A DNA stretch of 64,000 nt. Source: Promethearchaeota archaeon. GTDB lineage: Archaea > Asgardarchaeota > Lokiarchaeia > Sigyniarchaeales > SOKP01. The notes beneath the pieces are model-generated. The model saw only the letters and a program-made list of their open reading frames with translations. It ran no database searches and had not been told where the DNA came from. The position numbers and the translations under genes were made by a program. Positions 49,780 through 58,766 of this stretch are shown here, in pieces (positions within the stretch are counted from its first letter, which is position 1; each line of letters opens with the position of its first letter). The DNA is taken from NCBI GenBank assembly GCA_016839705.1, contig JAEOTR010000046.1, positions 32,001-96,000 of the forward strand, in the 5' to 3' direction.

Positions 49780-51459
49780 ATGTCTGAGAAAAAAGAAGAA
49801 ACTAGAATTGGTGTTTACGTCTGTAGCTGTGGTTCAAATATTGGTGGACTTATAGATGTGAAAGCTCTTGCAGAATATGCTAAAACCTTACCAGGAGTGG
49901 CATTTACCGAGTATAATTTATATACATGCAGCGAAACAGGACTCGCTCAAATAAAAAAGGGTATTAAAGAACATAATTTAAATCGTGTAGTTGTTGCATC
50001 ATGCACTCCAAGAACGCATGAACCACTCTTCCGTAATTGCATTGAGGAGGAGGGCGTAAATGAATATTTATTTAACTTTGTCAATATCCGCGATCAGTTA
50101 ACTTGGGTTCATCAAAAATACCCAAAGGAAGCTTTTGAGAAAGCAAAAGACGTAATCCGCATGGGTGTCGCTAAAGCTGCCAGGTTAAACGCATTAGAAA
50201 ATATTACCGTTGATGCGACCCCTACCGCAATAGTGATTGGGGGAGGAGTTTCAGGGATGACTGCTGCTCTTAGTTTAGCAAATCAAGGATTTGAAACATA
50301 TTTAGTTGAGAGAGAGAAGGAATTAGGAGGAAGAATAAAAACTTTATATAAACTTTTCCCAAATGACCAAGAGGCACAAGTATTATTAGAAAACCTTAAG
50401 AAAAACGTTGAGAATAATAAAAATTTAACAGTATATACCTCAGCGCAGGTAAAAAACATTGAGGGTTTTGTTGGCAATTTTGAGGTAGAAGTAGAACAAA
50501 ATGGTAAGAGAATTGATCTAACAATAGGTGTTATTCTTGTTGCTGTTGGAGCCTCTCTTCTTACACCTAGCGGGATGTTTGGTTATGATGGGAAAACCCG
50601 AATTACTCAGCATGAATTAGAAGGTAAATTAAAAAATAATGAAATTAAAGCAAACAACGTTGTAATGATACAATGCGTTGGCTCTCGTAATGAGGAGAGA
50701 ACATATTGTTCAAATGTGTGTTGTATGACTGCCTTGAAAAACAGCTTAATTATAAAGGAGAATAATCCTGAGGCAAACGTAACAATCTTATTCAGGGACT
50801 TATTTACTCCTGGTACGTATTATGAAGATTATTATAGAAGAGCAAGGGAAGAAGGTATTATTTTTATGGAATATAACCTTGAGAAAGAACCATTAGTAGA
50901 AGAAAATCAAATAAAAGTTTATAATGAATACTTAGGAGAGGAAATGATTATTCCTTATGATCTTCTTGTGCTCTCAACACCTTTAGTTGCGAATAATGAT
51001 AATAAAGCGCTTGCCCAAATGTTAAAAGTACCATTAGAAGAAAATCAATTCTTTTTGGAAGCTCATGTAAAATTACGTCCGATGGACTTTGCTACCGATG
51101 GAATTTATATCTGTGGTTCGGCGAAATGGCCTGTAGATATTACTGAGTCTATAACTCAAGGATATGCCGCAGCATCAAGAGCAAGTACCATAATATCTCA
51201 TGACACTATTGAAGTAGAAGGTGCAACTTCATTCTTACCAGATTATAATAAAAATCTATGTAGTGGCTGTGAAGTATGTATAACTGTCTGTCCGTATAAA
51301 GCAATAAGGAAGAATGAAGATGATGAGATCGAAATAACTCAAGTACTTTGTAAAGGATGTGGTGTATGTGGTGCCACTTGCACAAATCATGCGATAATAA
51401 TTAGACATTTTACAGATGAGCAAATATTATCTGAAATTTATGCATTCGGAGGTAAGTAA
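49780..51459 (+). CDS. hdrA: HdrA-like flavoprotein, C-terminal half
   Basis: IGVYVCSCG, ASCTPRTHE, IGGGVSG, QCVGSR, CSNVCC, EAHVKLRP, C-terminal 2x[4Fe-4S]. Confidence 0.9.
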   Translation: MSEKKEETRIGVYVCSCGSNIGGLIDVKALAEYAKTLPGVAFTEYNLYTCSETGLAQIKKGIKEHNLNRVVVASCTPRTHEPLFRNCIEEEGVNEYLFNFVNIRDQLTWVHQKYPKEAFEKAKDVIRMGVAKAARLNALENITVDATPTAIVIGGGVSGMTAALSLANQGFETYLVEREKELGGRIKTLYKLFPNDQEAQVLLENLKKNVENNKNLTVYTSAQVKNIEGFVGNFEVEVEQNGKRIDLTIGVILVAVGASLLTPSGMFGYDGKTRITQHELEGKLKNNEIKANNVVMIQCVGSRNEERTYCSNVCCMTALKNSLIIKENNPEANVTILFRDLFTPGTYYEDYYRRAREEGIIFMEYNLEKEPLVEENQIKVYNEYLGEEMIIPYDLLVLSTPLVANNDNKALAQMLKVPLEENQFFLEAHVKLRPMDFATDGIYICGSAKWPVDITESITQGYAAASRASTIISHDTIEVEGATSFLPDYNKNLCSGCEVCITVCPYKAIRKNEDDEIEITQVLCKGCGVCGATCTNHAIIIRHFTDEQILSEIYAFGGK

Positions 51460-51460
51460 G

Positions 51461-52222
51461 ATGAGTTTTGAGCCAAAAATACTGGGATTTTTATGTAATT
51501 GGTGTTGTTATGCGGGAGCAGATTTAGCCGGAGTAAGTAGGATGCAGTATCCTCCAAATATCCGGGTTATTCGTGTTATGTGTTCTGGAAGAATTGATCC
51601 TGCATTTATTTTTGAATCTCTTAGAGTTGGGGCTGATGGAGTCTTTATTGGAGGTTGTCATTTAGGTGATTGCCATTATCTTGAAGGCAATTATGAAGCT
51701 GTGAAAAAATTTGAGATGGTTCAAAAATTCCTTAAGCTTATAAATTTTGATAATAGAGTAAGATTAGAATGGGTATCTGCTTCAGAAGGTGCTAGATACG
51801 CAGCGACTATGAAAGAATTTACAGAACATATAAAATCATTAGGACCATCTCCCGCAGGTGGAAATAATCCAGATAAGTTAATACTTAATAAATTACGAGC
51901 GATGGAAGAAGCTGCTTCTGGTGACCGAATGAGAGTACTAGTGGGGCGTGAAAGAAAGATTACAGAGCAAGAAAATGTGTATGGAGAAAAAACCGATATG
52001 GATAATTTTTTTAAAATATTTGATAAAGCTATAGTCGAAGAGTATGAACGCGCTCGAATTTTTATTGCACTTGAAGAAAAATCAAGATCAGTAAAAGATA
52101 TAGCAGCTGAATTAGATATAGATCCAAGTATTGTTTTAGAACATATGATAATATTAAAAAGCCGAGGTCTAGTCGATTTCGGAGAAATAGTTGGAATTAC
52201 ACCAATGTTTATTAAAATATGA
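51461..52222 (+). CDS. mvhD: MvhD-like [2Fe-2S] subunit with C-terminal winged-HTH extension
   Basis: FLCNWCCYAGAD, RVMCSGR, GCHLGDCHY, WVSASEG; C-terminal SVKDIAAELDIDPSIVLEHMIILKSRGLV; likely ATG at 51461 after GGAGGT. Confidence 0.88.
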   Translation: MSFEPKILGFLCNWCCYAGADLAGVSRMQYPPNIRVIRVMCSGRIDPAFIFESLRVGADGVFIGGCHLGDCHYLEGNYEAVKKFEMVQKFLKLINFDNRVRLEWVSASEGARYAATMKEFTEHIKSLGPSPAGGNNPDKLILNKLRAMEEAASGDRMRVLVGRERKITEQENVYGEKTDMDNFFKIFDKAIVEEYERARIFIALEEKSRSVKDIAAELDIDPSIVLEHMIILKSRGLVDFGEIVGITPMFIKI

Positions 52223-55200
52223 GGAGAATAATTATGGAAAAAATAGGAGCAGTAATGGTTGTAGGAGCGGGAATTGGGGGATCTCAAACAGCGTTAGATT
52301 TAGGAGATTCTGGTTATAAAGTATATTTAATTGAATCCTCGACTAGTATCGGCGGAGTTATGGCTCAACTTGATAAGACCTTCCCAACCAATGATTGTGC
52401 TATGTGTATTGTTTCACCTAAATTAGTAGAGACTGGACGCCACCAGAATGTAGATTTAAGCATTAATTGTGAAATTTTAGATGTCTCTGGTGAAGCGGGT
52501 AATTTTACGGTAAAAGTAAAAAAGAATTCTTTATTTATTAATCCCGATAAATGTACTGGTTGTGGAGTTTGTGGCCAAAATTGTCCTGTAGAAGCAATTG
52601 ATTTATTTAATGAGGGTTTAGCGAAATATGCTGCTACATCAGTCAAATATCCCCAGGCAGTTCCACTTGTTTATGCAATTAATAAAGATTATTGTATAGG
52701 TTGTGGAGTATGTGCGGGGGTTTGCAAGGCGAAAGCAGTAGAATATGACCGAGGGGATGAAATCGTAAACCTTAATGTTGGCGCTATAGTACTGGCCCCT
52801 GGTTTTGATGAGTTTGTTCCTCAAGCTGCCAATAAGTATGGGTATGGTAAGTATAAGAATGTAGTTACCAGCATTGAGTTTGAACGTATATTGAGCGCTA
52901 GCGGTCCTTATGCTGGTAGAGTTTTAAGGCCTTCTGATGGAGTTATTCCAGAAAAAGTAGCCTTTCTTCAATGTGTAGGATCACGAGATTATTCAGGAGA
53001 AGGACAACCATATTGTTCTTCTGTGTGCTGTATGTACACAGCGAAGGAAGCTGTGATAGCACATGAACATCAACACGAAGTAAAACCCACCATTTTTAGT
53101 ATGGATATTAGAGCTTATGGAAAGGATTTTGATAAGTATATTATCAGAGCTCAGGAAGAATATGGTATTAGATATATTAGAAGTAGAATTTCATCTGTAG
53201 TAGAGGTTCCTGAAACCAAAGACTTAAGGCTCAGGTATGAAACCGATGATGGAAAGGTAGTTGAAGAAGACTACAATATGGTCGTGTTAAGCGTTGGCTT
53301 AAATCCTCCTGATGATGCAACTTATCTTGCTGAAAAGTTTGGAATTGAATTGAATGAATATAAATTTGCAGCAACTGATATTTTTAATCCTGTACAAACA
53401 TCTAAGCGGGGTATTTTTGCATGCGGAGCATTTTCTCAACCTAAAGATATCCCCGAAACAGTTACTCAAGCAAGTGCTGCAGCGGGATGTGTGAATCAAC
53501 TTCTATATTCCGAAAGAGGTACATTAGTTACTGAAAAAACCCTCCCTCCAGAGATTTTTGTCGCAGGACAACCCCCTCGAATAGGTGTGTTCATTTGTCA
53601 TTGTGGGATTAACATTGGTGGTTATGTAGATGTCCCCGAAGTTACCAGATACGCAGCTACTCTACCGAATGTAGTTATGTCAGATAGAAATTTATATACA
53701 TGCTCTGCTGACACTCAAGGGATAATCAAAGAAAAAATTGAAGAGTATCATTTAAATCGTGTTATTGTTGCATCCTGTACACCAAGAACTCATGAACCTC
53801 TATTCCAAGAAACAATTCGAGAAGCGGGATTGAATAGGTATCTATTTCAAATGGCTAACATCAGAGATCAGTGCTCTTGGGTTCATATGAAACAACCTAA
53901 AGAAGCTACACAAAAAGCGAAAGATCTCGTGAGAATGGCGGTTAATAAAGCAAGACGTATATCTCCAATAGATAGAATAAAGCTGGGTGTTACACAGAAA
54001 GCAATGGTTATAGGAGGAGGCATCACAGGTATGGTTGCCGCCCTAAATTTTGCGAGTCAAGAATTTGAAACTTATTTAATCGAAAAAGAAGCAGAGTTAG
54101 GAGGTTTTGCAAAGCATATATATCATACGCTTGAAGGTGGAGACGTTCAAGCTTATGTAGATAGCTTAATTGAGAAAATTAAGTCAAATGAATTTATTCA
54201 TCTCTATACTAACGCCGAAATTGAAGCGATTGATGGTTATGTTGGAAATTTCAAAAGTACAGTTGCTTTCGGGCCAAAAAAAGAAAGGGTAGAATTTGAC
54301 CATGGTGTCGTAGTTGTAGCTACAGGAGCACAAGAATATAAACCGAAAGAATTCCTTTATGGTCAAAATGAAAATGTACTATTACAATCCGAGTTTGAAA
54401 AAATCCTAAATACGAATGGAAAGGTCAAAGATAAAAAATCAATTGTAATGATTCAATGTGTAGGCTCTCGTAACGATGAGCATCCATATTGTAGTAAAAT
54501 GTGTTGCACAGAAGCAATTAAAAACGCATTACTTGTGAAAGAACAAGATCCCTCTAGTGAAGTAATAATCTTATTTCGAGATATAAGAACATATGGGTTT
54601 AAAGAAAAATATTACAGAATGGCAAGGGAAGCTGGGGTTATTTTCATCCAATATGATGAGAAAAATCCACCTCAAATTACTCCCGATGGATCACTTTTAA
54701 AAGTGAATGTTAGCACGAGAAAAGAGGGAAATTTATCTATTGTTGCAGATTTATTAGTACTAAGTGCCGGTATTGTGGCATCCCATGAGGAAAATGAAGA
54801 ACTTGCTAAAATGTTAAAAGTTCCCTTAAATGATGATAATTTTTATTTAGAAGCACATGTAAAGCTTCGTCCAGTTGATTTTGCTACAGAAGGTGTCTTT
54901 GTCGCCGGGATGGCACATTGCCCTAAAACAATCGAAGACTCAATTTCACAAGCTAATGCTGCCGTTTCAAGAGCATGCACTATTCTCTCTAAAGATGAGA
55001 TTGAAGCAGAAGGAAAAACGGCGGTTATCAATATGTCTCGATGTGCGGGATGCGGTATGTGTGTCGAAAATTGTGCATATAACGCAATAGAAATGATTGA
55101 GGACCGTAGATTTGGACTCGTCGCATCTATTAATTCCGCCTTATGTAAAGGATGTGGGGCATGTAGTGGAAATTGTCGATGTAGTGCAATCGACGTGTTA

Positions 55201-55248
55201 GGCTTTACAGCTGAACAAATATATGAAATGATTACAGCAAGATTATAA
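52219..55248 (+). CDS. hdrA: Large HdrA-like flavoprotein (fused double module)
   Basis: Contains both the AQLDKTFPT module and the IGVFICHCG module; two FAD sites and multiple Fe-S motifs. Confidence 0.92.
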   Translation: MRRIIMEKIGAVMVVGAGIGGSQTALDLGDSGYKVYLIESSTSIGGVMAQLDKTFPTNDCAMCIVSPKLVETGRHQNVDLSINCEILDVSGEAGNFTVKVKKNSLFINPDKCTGCGVCGQNCPVEAIDLFNEGLAKYAATSVKYPQAVPLVYAINKDYCIGCGVCAGVCKAKAVEYDRGDEIVNLNVGAIVLAPGFDEFVPQAANKYGYGKYKNVVTSIEFERILSASGPYAGRVLRPSDGVIPEKVAFLQCVGSRDYSGEGQPYCSSVCCMYTAKEAVIAHEHQHEVKPTIFSMDIRAYGKDFDKYIIRAQEEYGIRYIRSRISSVVEVPETKDLRLRYETDDGKVVEEDYNMVVLSVGLNPPDDATYLAEKFGIELNEYKFAATDIFNPVQTSKRGIFACGAFSQPKDIPETVTQASAAAGCVNQLLYSERGTLVTEKTLPPEIFVAGQPPRIGVFICHCGINIGGYVDVPEVTRYAATLPNVVMSDRNLYTCSADTQGIIKEKIEEYHLNRVIVASCTPRTHEPLFQETIREAGLNRYLFQMANIRDQCSWVHMKQPKEATQKAKDLVRMAVNKARRISPIDRIKLGVTQKAMVIGGGITGMVAALNFASQEFETYLIEKEAELGGFAKHIYHTLEGGDVQAYVDSLIEKIKSNEFIHLYTNAEIEAIDGYVGNFKSTVAFGPKKERVEFDHGVVVVATGAQEYKPKEFLYGQNENVLLQSEFEKILNTNGKVKDKKSIVMIQCVGSRNDEHPYCSKMCCTEAIKNALLVKEQDPSSEVIILFRDIRTYGFKEKYYRMAREAGVIFIQYDEKNPPQITPDGSLLKVNVSTRKEGNLSIVADLLVLSAGIVASHEENEELAKMLKVPLNDDNFYLEAHVKLRPVDFATEGVFVAGMAHCPKTIEDSISQANAAVSRACTILSKDEIEAEGKTAVINMSRCAGCGMCVENCAYNAIEMIEDRRFGLVASINSALCKGCGACSGNCRCSAIDVLGFTAEQIYEMITARL

Positions 55249-55261
55249 GAGGTTTTTAAAA

Positions 55262-55711
55262 ATGACTGAAACAGAAATAGAAAATAAGAAAAATGAAGAG
55301 AATTGGGAACCAAAAATAATTGCATTCCTATGTAATTGGTGTTCTTATGCGGGAGCTGATCTTGCAGGTGTGAGTAGAATTCAATATCCCCCTAGTATAA
55401 GAGTTGTGAGAGTACCCTGTTCGGGAAGAGTCAATCCCTATTTCATAATAAAGAGTCTAACTGACGGGTGGGATGGTGTCCTCATCAGTGGGTGCCATCC
55501 TGGTGATTGTCATTATATTAGTGGAAACTTGGTTGCTCGGAGACGATTTGCAATATTAAATGATTTATTAGAGTTTTTTGGGTTAAAAAACAGAGTACAA
55601 TTCATGTGGGCTTCTGCCGCTGAGGGTGAGCGCTTCGCAATGTTGGTGAGGAAGGCTACAAAGGTAGTAAAAGAATTGGGACCAAATACAAAATTTCAAA
55701 AGGAGTGGTAA
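55262..55711 (+). CDS. flxD: MvhD-like subunit (FlxD)
   Basis: FLCNWCSYAGAD, RVPCSGR, GCHPGDCHY. Confidence 0.88.
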   Translation: MTETEIENKKNEENWEPKIIAFLCNWCSYAGADLAGVSRIQYPPSIRVVRVPCSGRVNPYFIIKSLTDGWDGVLISGCHPGDCHYISGNLVARRRFAILNDLLEFFGLKNRVQFMWASAAEGERFAMLVRKATKVVKELGPNTKFQKEW

Positions 55712-55714
55712 AAA

Positions 55715-56725
55715 ATGACTATTGAAACTGAAAATAAAGAGATTGAAAATTCAATAAGGGATATTGCTAAAAAGTTACTTAGTGAGAAAACAGTCGATGT
55801 AGTTATAGGTTATTCAGAAGGTACTGTACCACTAAGTTCTACTCCAATATTTATCAGGAAAGAAGAAGACGTCGATAAACTAATCTGGAATAATCTCTGT
55901 TATATTAATTTAGCTAGATATTTAGCGCCCCTAATGCCCCAACTTTGTGATTCAGAGGGAAACCCTCTTAAAATTGGAATTGTTGCAAAAGGTTGTGTTG
56001 GCAGGGCAGTAAATCTTTTAGCCGCAGAGAAACAGATTGACCTAGAAAACATAAAGATGATTGGCATTAATTGTAATGGAAATGTGAATAGAAGTATAAT
56101 CGATCTTGAAATTGGGGAAAAAGAGATTCTTGATGTTTCAATAAAAGGGGATGATATCATCGTGAAGGGAAGAGATTGGGAACAAAAGTTTCCCTATGAT
56201 CAGTATATTAATGAGTTATGTAAGGTATGCCAAGTAAAATCCCCTTCAGCTACTGAAGCAACATGTGTAGGAGAATGCCAGGAATTAGAATCTATACATG
56301 ATGAATTTACCGATATTGATGATTTTGAAGCAAAATCTGCCGAGGAGAAATGGGAATACATTAAAAATTCTTTAGAAGCTTGTACTCTATGTTATTCTTG
56401 TCGTCAGGCATGTCCCGTGTGTTATTGTAACCTATGCTTCGTAGATCAAAATTTACCTGTGTGGTTTGGAAAAACAACTGAATTCACGGATATATTCACA
56501 TTTCATTTTATCCGCGCGACGCATATAGCGGGTAGATGTGTAGCATGTGGAGCATGCTCATCAATATGCCCAGTTGGTATTGATCTTAATTTTATCACGA
56601 GAAAACTGGAAAAAATTGTAAAAGAGAGGTTTGATTATACATCGGGTCTGAATGCAGAAATGCTTCCTCCTATGATGGATTTCAAAATGGAAGATGAACA
56701 AGAATTTATGTTGGAGGAAGATTAA
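55715..56725 (+). CDS. flxC: FlxC-like iron-sulfur subunit (FdhB-like)
   Basis: VDVVIGY, VAKGC, CTLCYSCRQACPVCYC..C, HIAGRCVACGACSSICP; position in the cluster. Confidence 0.8.
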   Translation: MTIETENKEIENSIRDIAKKLLSEKTVDVVIGYSEGTVPLSSTPIFIRKEEDVDKLIWNNLCYINLARYLAPLMPQLCDSEGNPLKIGIVAKGCVGRAVNLLAAEKQIDLENIKMIGINCNGNVNRSIIDLEIGEKEILDVSIKGDDIIVKGRDWEQKFPYDQYINELCKVCQVKSPSATEATCVGECQELESIHDEFTDIDDFEAKSAEEKWEYIKNSLEACTLCYSCRQACPVCYCNLCFVDQNLPVWFGKTTEFTDIFTFHFIRATHIAGRCVACGACSSICPVGIDLNFITRKLEKIVKERFDYTSGLNAEMLPPMMDFKMEDEQEFMLEED

Positions 56726-56741
56726 AGAGGTGAACTAAAGA

Positions 56742-57803
56742 ATGGAACAAAAAATATTAAAGAAGGATGAAATTGGAAAATTATATAAAGTATTCGAGGG
56801 TGAATATAACTTTTATGCTCCGATTAAGAAGAAAGCAAACATTGTTTTTGAAAAAGTTGAAAATCCTGAAGATATAGTGCTTGATTACTTGAATTCAAAG
56901 ATTCCACCAAAATCAATTTTATTTCCTCAAATGGAAGTACTGTTTGAATATACTTTAGATGAAAAAGATGTAGAGATTACAGATAGACAAGATCTTGATC
57001 AAAAATTCCTAATCTTTGGGATCCGACCATGTGATGCCTATAGTTTTGTATTGTTTGCAAACTTTTTTTCATCTCATGGAAATTGGAAAGATGAGATCTA
57101 TTTGAAGAAAAAGGAAAATACAACGCTTATTGGAATTGGATGTAATACACCAAGAACTACTTGCTTTTGTACTTCTGTAGGAGGAAATCCTTTTAATAAA
57201 GAAAACATGGATGTTTTTCTCACTGATTTAGGGGAAAATTATTTGGTTGAAGCTATTAGCGAGAAAGGTAAAGAAATTGTCAAGAAATTATCATGGCTTT
57301 CTGATGCTAGTAATAGCGATGTGAAAAAATCCGCTGAATTAGCCAAACAGGCAGAAGAAATGATAACTGCACAAATAGATTCGGAGATGATCGTAAAGAA
57401 CTTAGAAACAAATTTTGAACACCCCGTATGGAAAGAAATAAGTGAATCTTGTATAGGGTGTGGTTCTTGCAGCTACTTATGTCCTACATGCACGTGTTTT
57501 GATGTGATTGACGAAACAGATCAATATAATAATCGTGGTCGTAGAATAAGAATCTGGGATACCTGTCAATCATGCCTTTATTCACTTGAAACAAGTGGTC
57601 ATAATCCTCGCGACACCAAGATCCAACGTTGCCGTAATAGAATAATGCATAAATTTAGTTATTATCCAACGAATTATGGGCTATTGGGTTGTGTTGGTTG
57701 CGGAAGGTGTATAACAGTATGTCCTGCTAATAATGATATTCTCACAATTTTACATAAAGTAGAAAAAATAGAAAAAAAGGAGGATGAGAAAGTAGTTGCC
57801 TAA
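56742..57803 (+). CDS. flxB: FlxB / AsrA-like iron-sulfur subunit
   Basis: PPKSILFP, GIRPCD, CFCTS, CIGCGSCSYLCPTCTCF, RIWDTC, CVGCGRCITVCP. Confidence 0.82.
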   Translation: MEQKILKKDEIGKLYKVFEGEYNFYAPIKKKANIVFEKVENPEDIVLDYLNSKIPPKSILFPQMEVLFEYTLDEKDVEITDRQDLDQKFLIFGIRPCDAYSFVLFANFFSSHGNWKDEIYLKKKENTTLIGIGCNTPRTTCFCTSVGGNPFNKENMDVFLTDLGENYLVEAISEKGKEIVKKLSWLSDASNSDVKKSAELAKQAEEMITAQIDSEMIVKNLETNFEHPVWKEISESCIGCGSCSYLCPTCTCFDVIDETDQYNNRGRRIRIWDTCQSCLYSLETSGHNPRDTKIQRCRNRIMHKFSYYPTNYGLLGCVGCGRCITVCPANNDILTILHKVEKIEKKEDEKVVA

Positions 57804-58635
57804 TCCATATATTCCTTATTTAACCAAAGTAAAATCGGTAGTAGCGGAAAATAAAGTTAATGATATAAAAACTATCGAATTGGAATTTAAAAATGAAGAA
57901 GATTACAAGAAATTTGACTACATTCCTGGACAATTTGCCGAAATCAGTTTAATTGGAAAAGGAGAGTGCCCTATTGGGATTGCTTCTTCACCGACCGAGG
58001 AAGGCACAATTAAATTCACCATAAAAAAGATGGGAACTGTTACCTCTGGATTCCATGGCAGTGAAGTAGGAGATATTATTGGTGTGAGAGGTCCCTGTGG
58101 TAATGGGTGGCCGATGGAGGAAATGAAAGGAAAGAATATCGTAGTTATCGGTGGAGGATTTGCTTATTCGACTTTAAGATCTCTCATTATATATTTGCTG
58201 GATGAGAGATATCGAAAAGATTATGGGGATATTACCACAATCTATGGAAACAGAGATTCAGGAGAAGTCTTATATAGAGATCTTTTAGAAGAGTGGGAAA
58301 AACGTGACGATATTAAAGTAGTTTTAACTATTGATCGTGAAGAAGAAGGATGGACTCGCGAAGTTGGCTTTGTTGCAGCAATCGTCAAGAAAGTTGCGCC
58401 CTCCCCAGATAATGCTGTTGCGATTATTTGTGGCCCTCCTATAATGATTAGAACTGCTGTGGCTGAACTTGTAGAACTTGGTTGGAAGGACGAGCAGATT
58501 CTAAACAGCTTAGAGATGAGAATGAAGTGCGGTATAGGTAAGTGTGGACGATGTAACATTGGAAATAAGTTTGTCTGCACAGATGGTCCCGTATTTTCTC
58601 TCGCAGAGCTAAAGAAAATGCCTAATGAGTATTAA
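57796..58635 (+). CDS. flxA: FlxA / PyrK-like FAD/NAD-binding subunit
   Basis: PGQF, RGPCGNG, IGGG, CGPPIM, MKCGIGKCGRC...CTDGPVF. Confidence 0.88.
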   Translation: MPNPYIPYLTKVKSVVAENKVNDIKTIELEFKNEEDYKKFDYIPGQFAEISLIGKGECPIGIASSPTEEGTIKFTIKKMGTVTSGFHGSEVGDIIGVRGPCGNGWPMEEMKGKNIVVIGGGFAYSTLRSLIIYLLDERYRKDYGDITTIYGNRDSGEVLYRDLLEEWEKRDDIKVVLTIDREEEGWTREVGFVAAIVKKVAPSPDNAVAIICGPPIMIRTAVAELVELGWKDEQILNSLEMRMKCGIGKCGRCNIGNKFVCTDGPVFSLAELKKMPNEY

Positions 58636-58766
58636 AGATCAATTGCTTTTTTAATATTTTTCACTATTTTTTTATCAATTTCTTGTCTGTATAACTGAAA
58701 TTTAAAGTTTAGCAAAAGCCTTTTTAGTTAGACTATCTTCCTATTTTTTAATCCTAACTTTGAAGA

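Noticed and set aside
51416-51460. N-terminal extension of mvhD in the ORF track
   Set aside because: Overlaps the hdrA end; ATG at 51461 has an SD and matches the family N-terminus
45909-58635. Selenocysteine (in-frame TGA) in HdrA/MvhD and SECIS elements, known from Lokiarchaeia
   Set aside because: All Hdr/Mvh/Flx frames are open with Cys at the motif positions; no readthrough is needed and no convincing SECIS was seen
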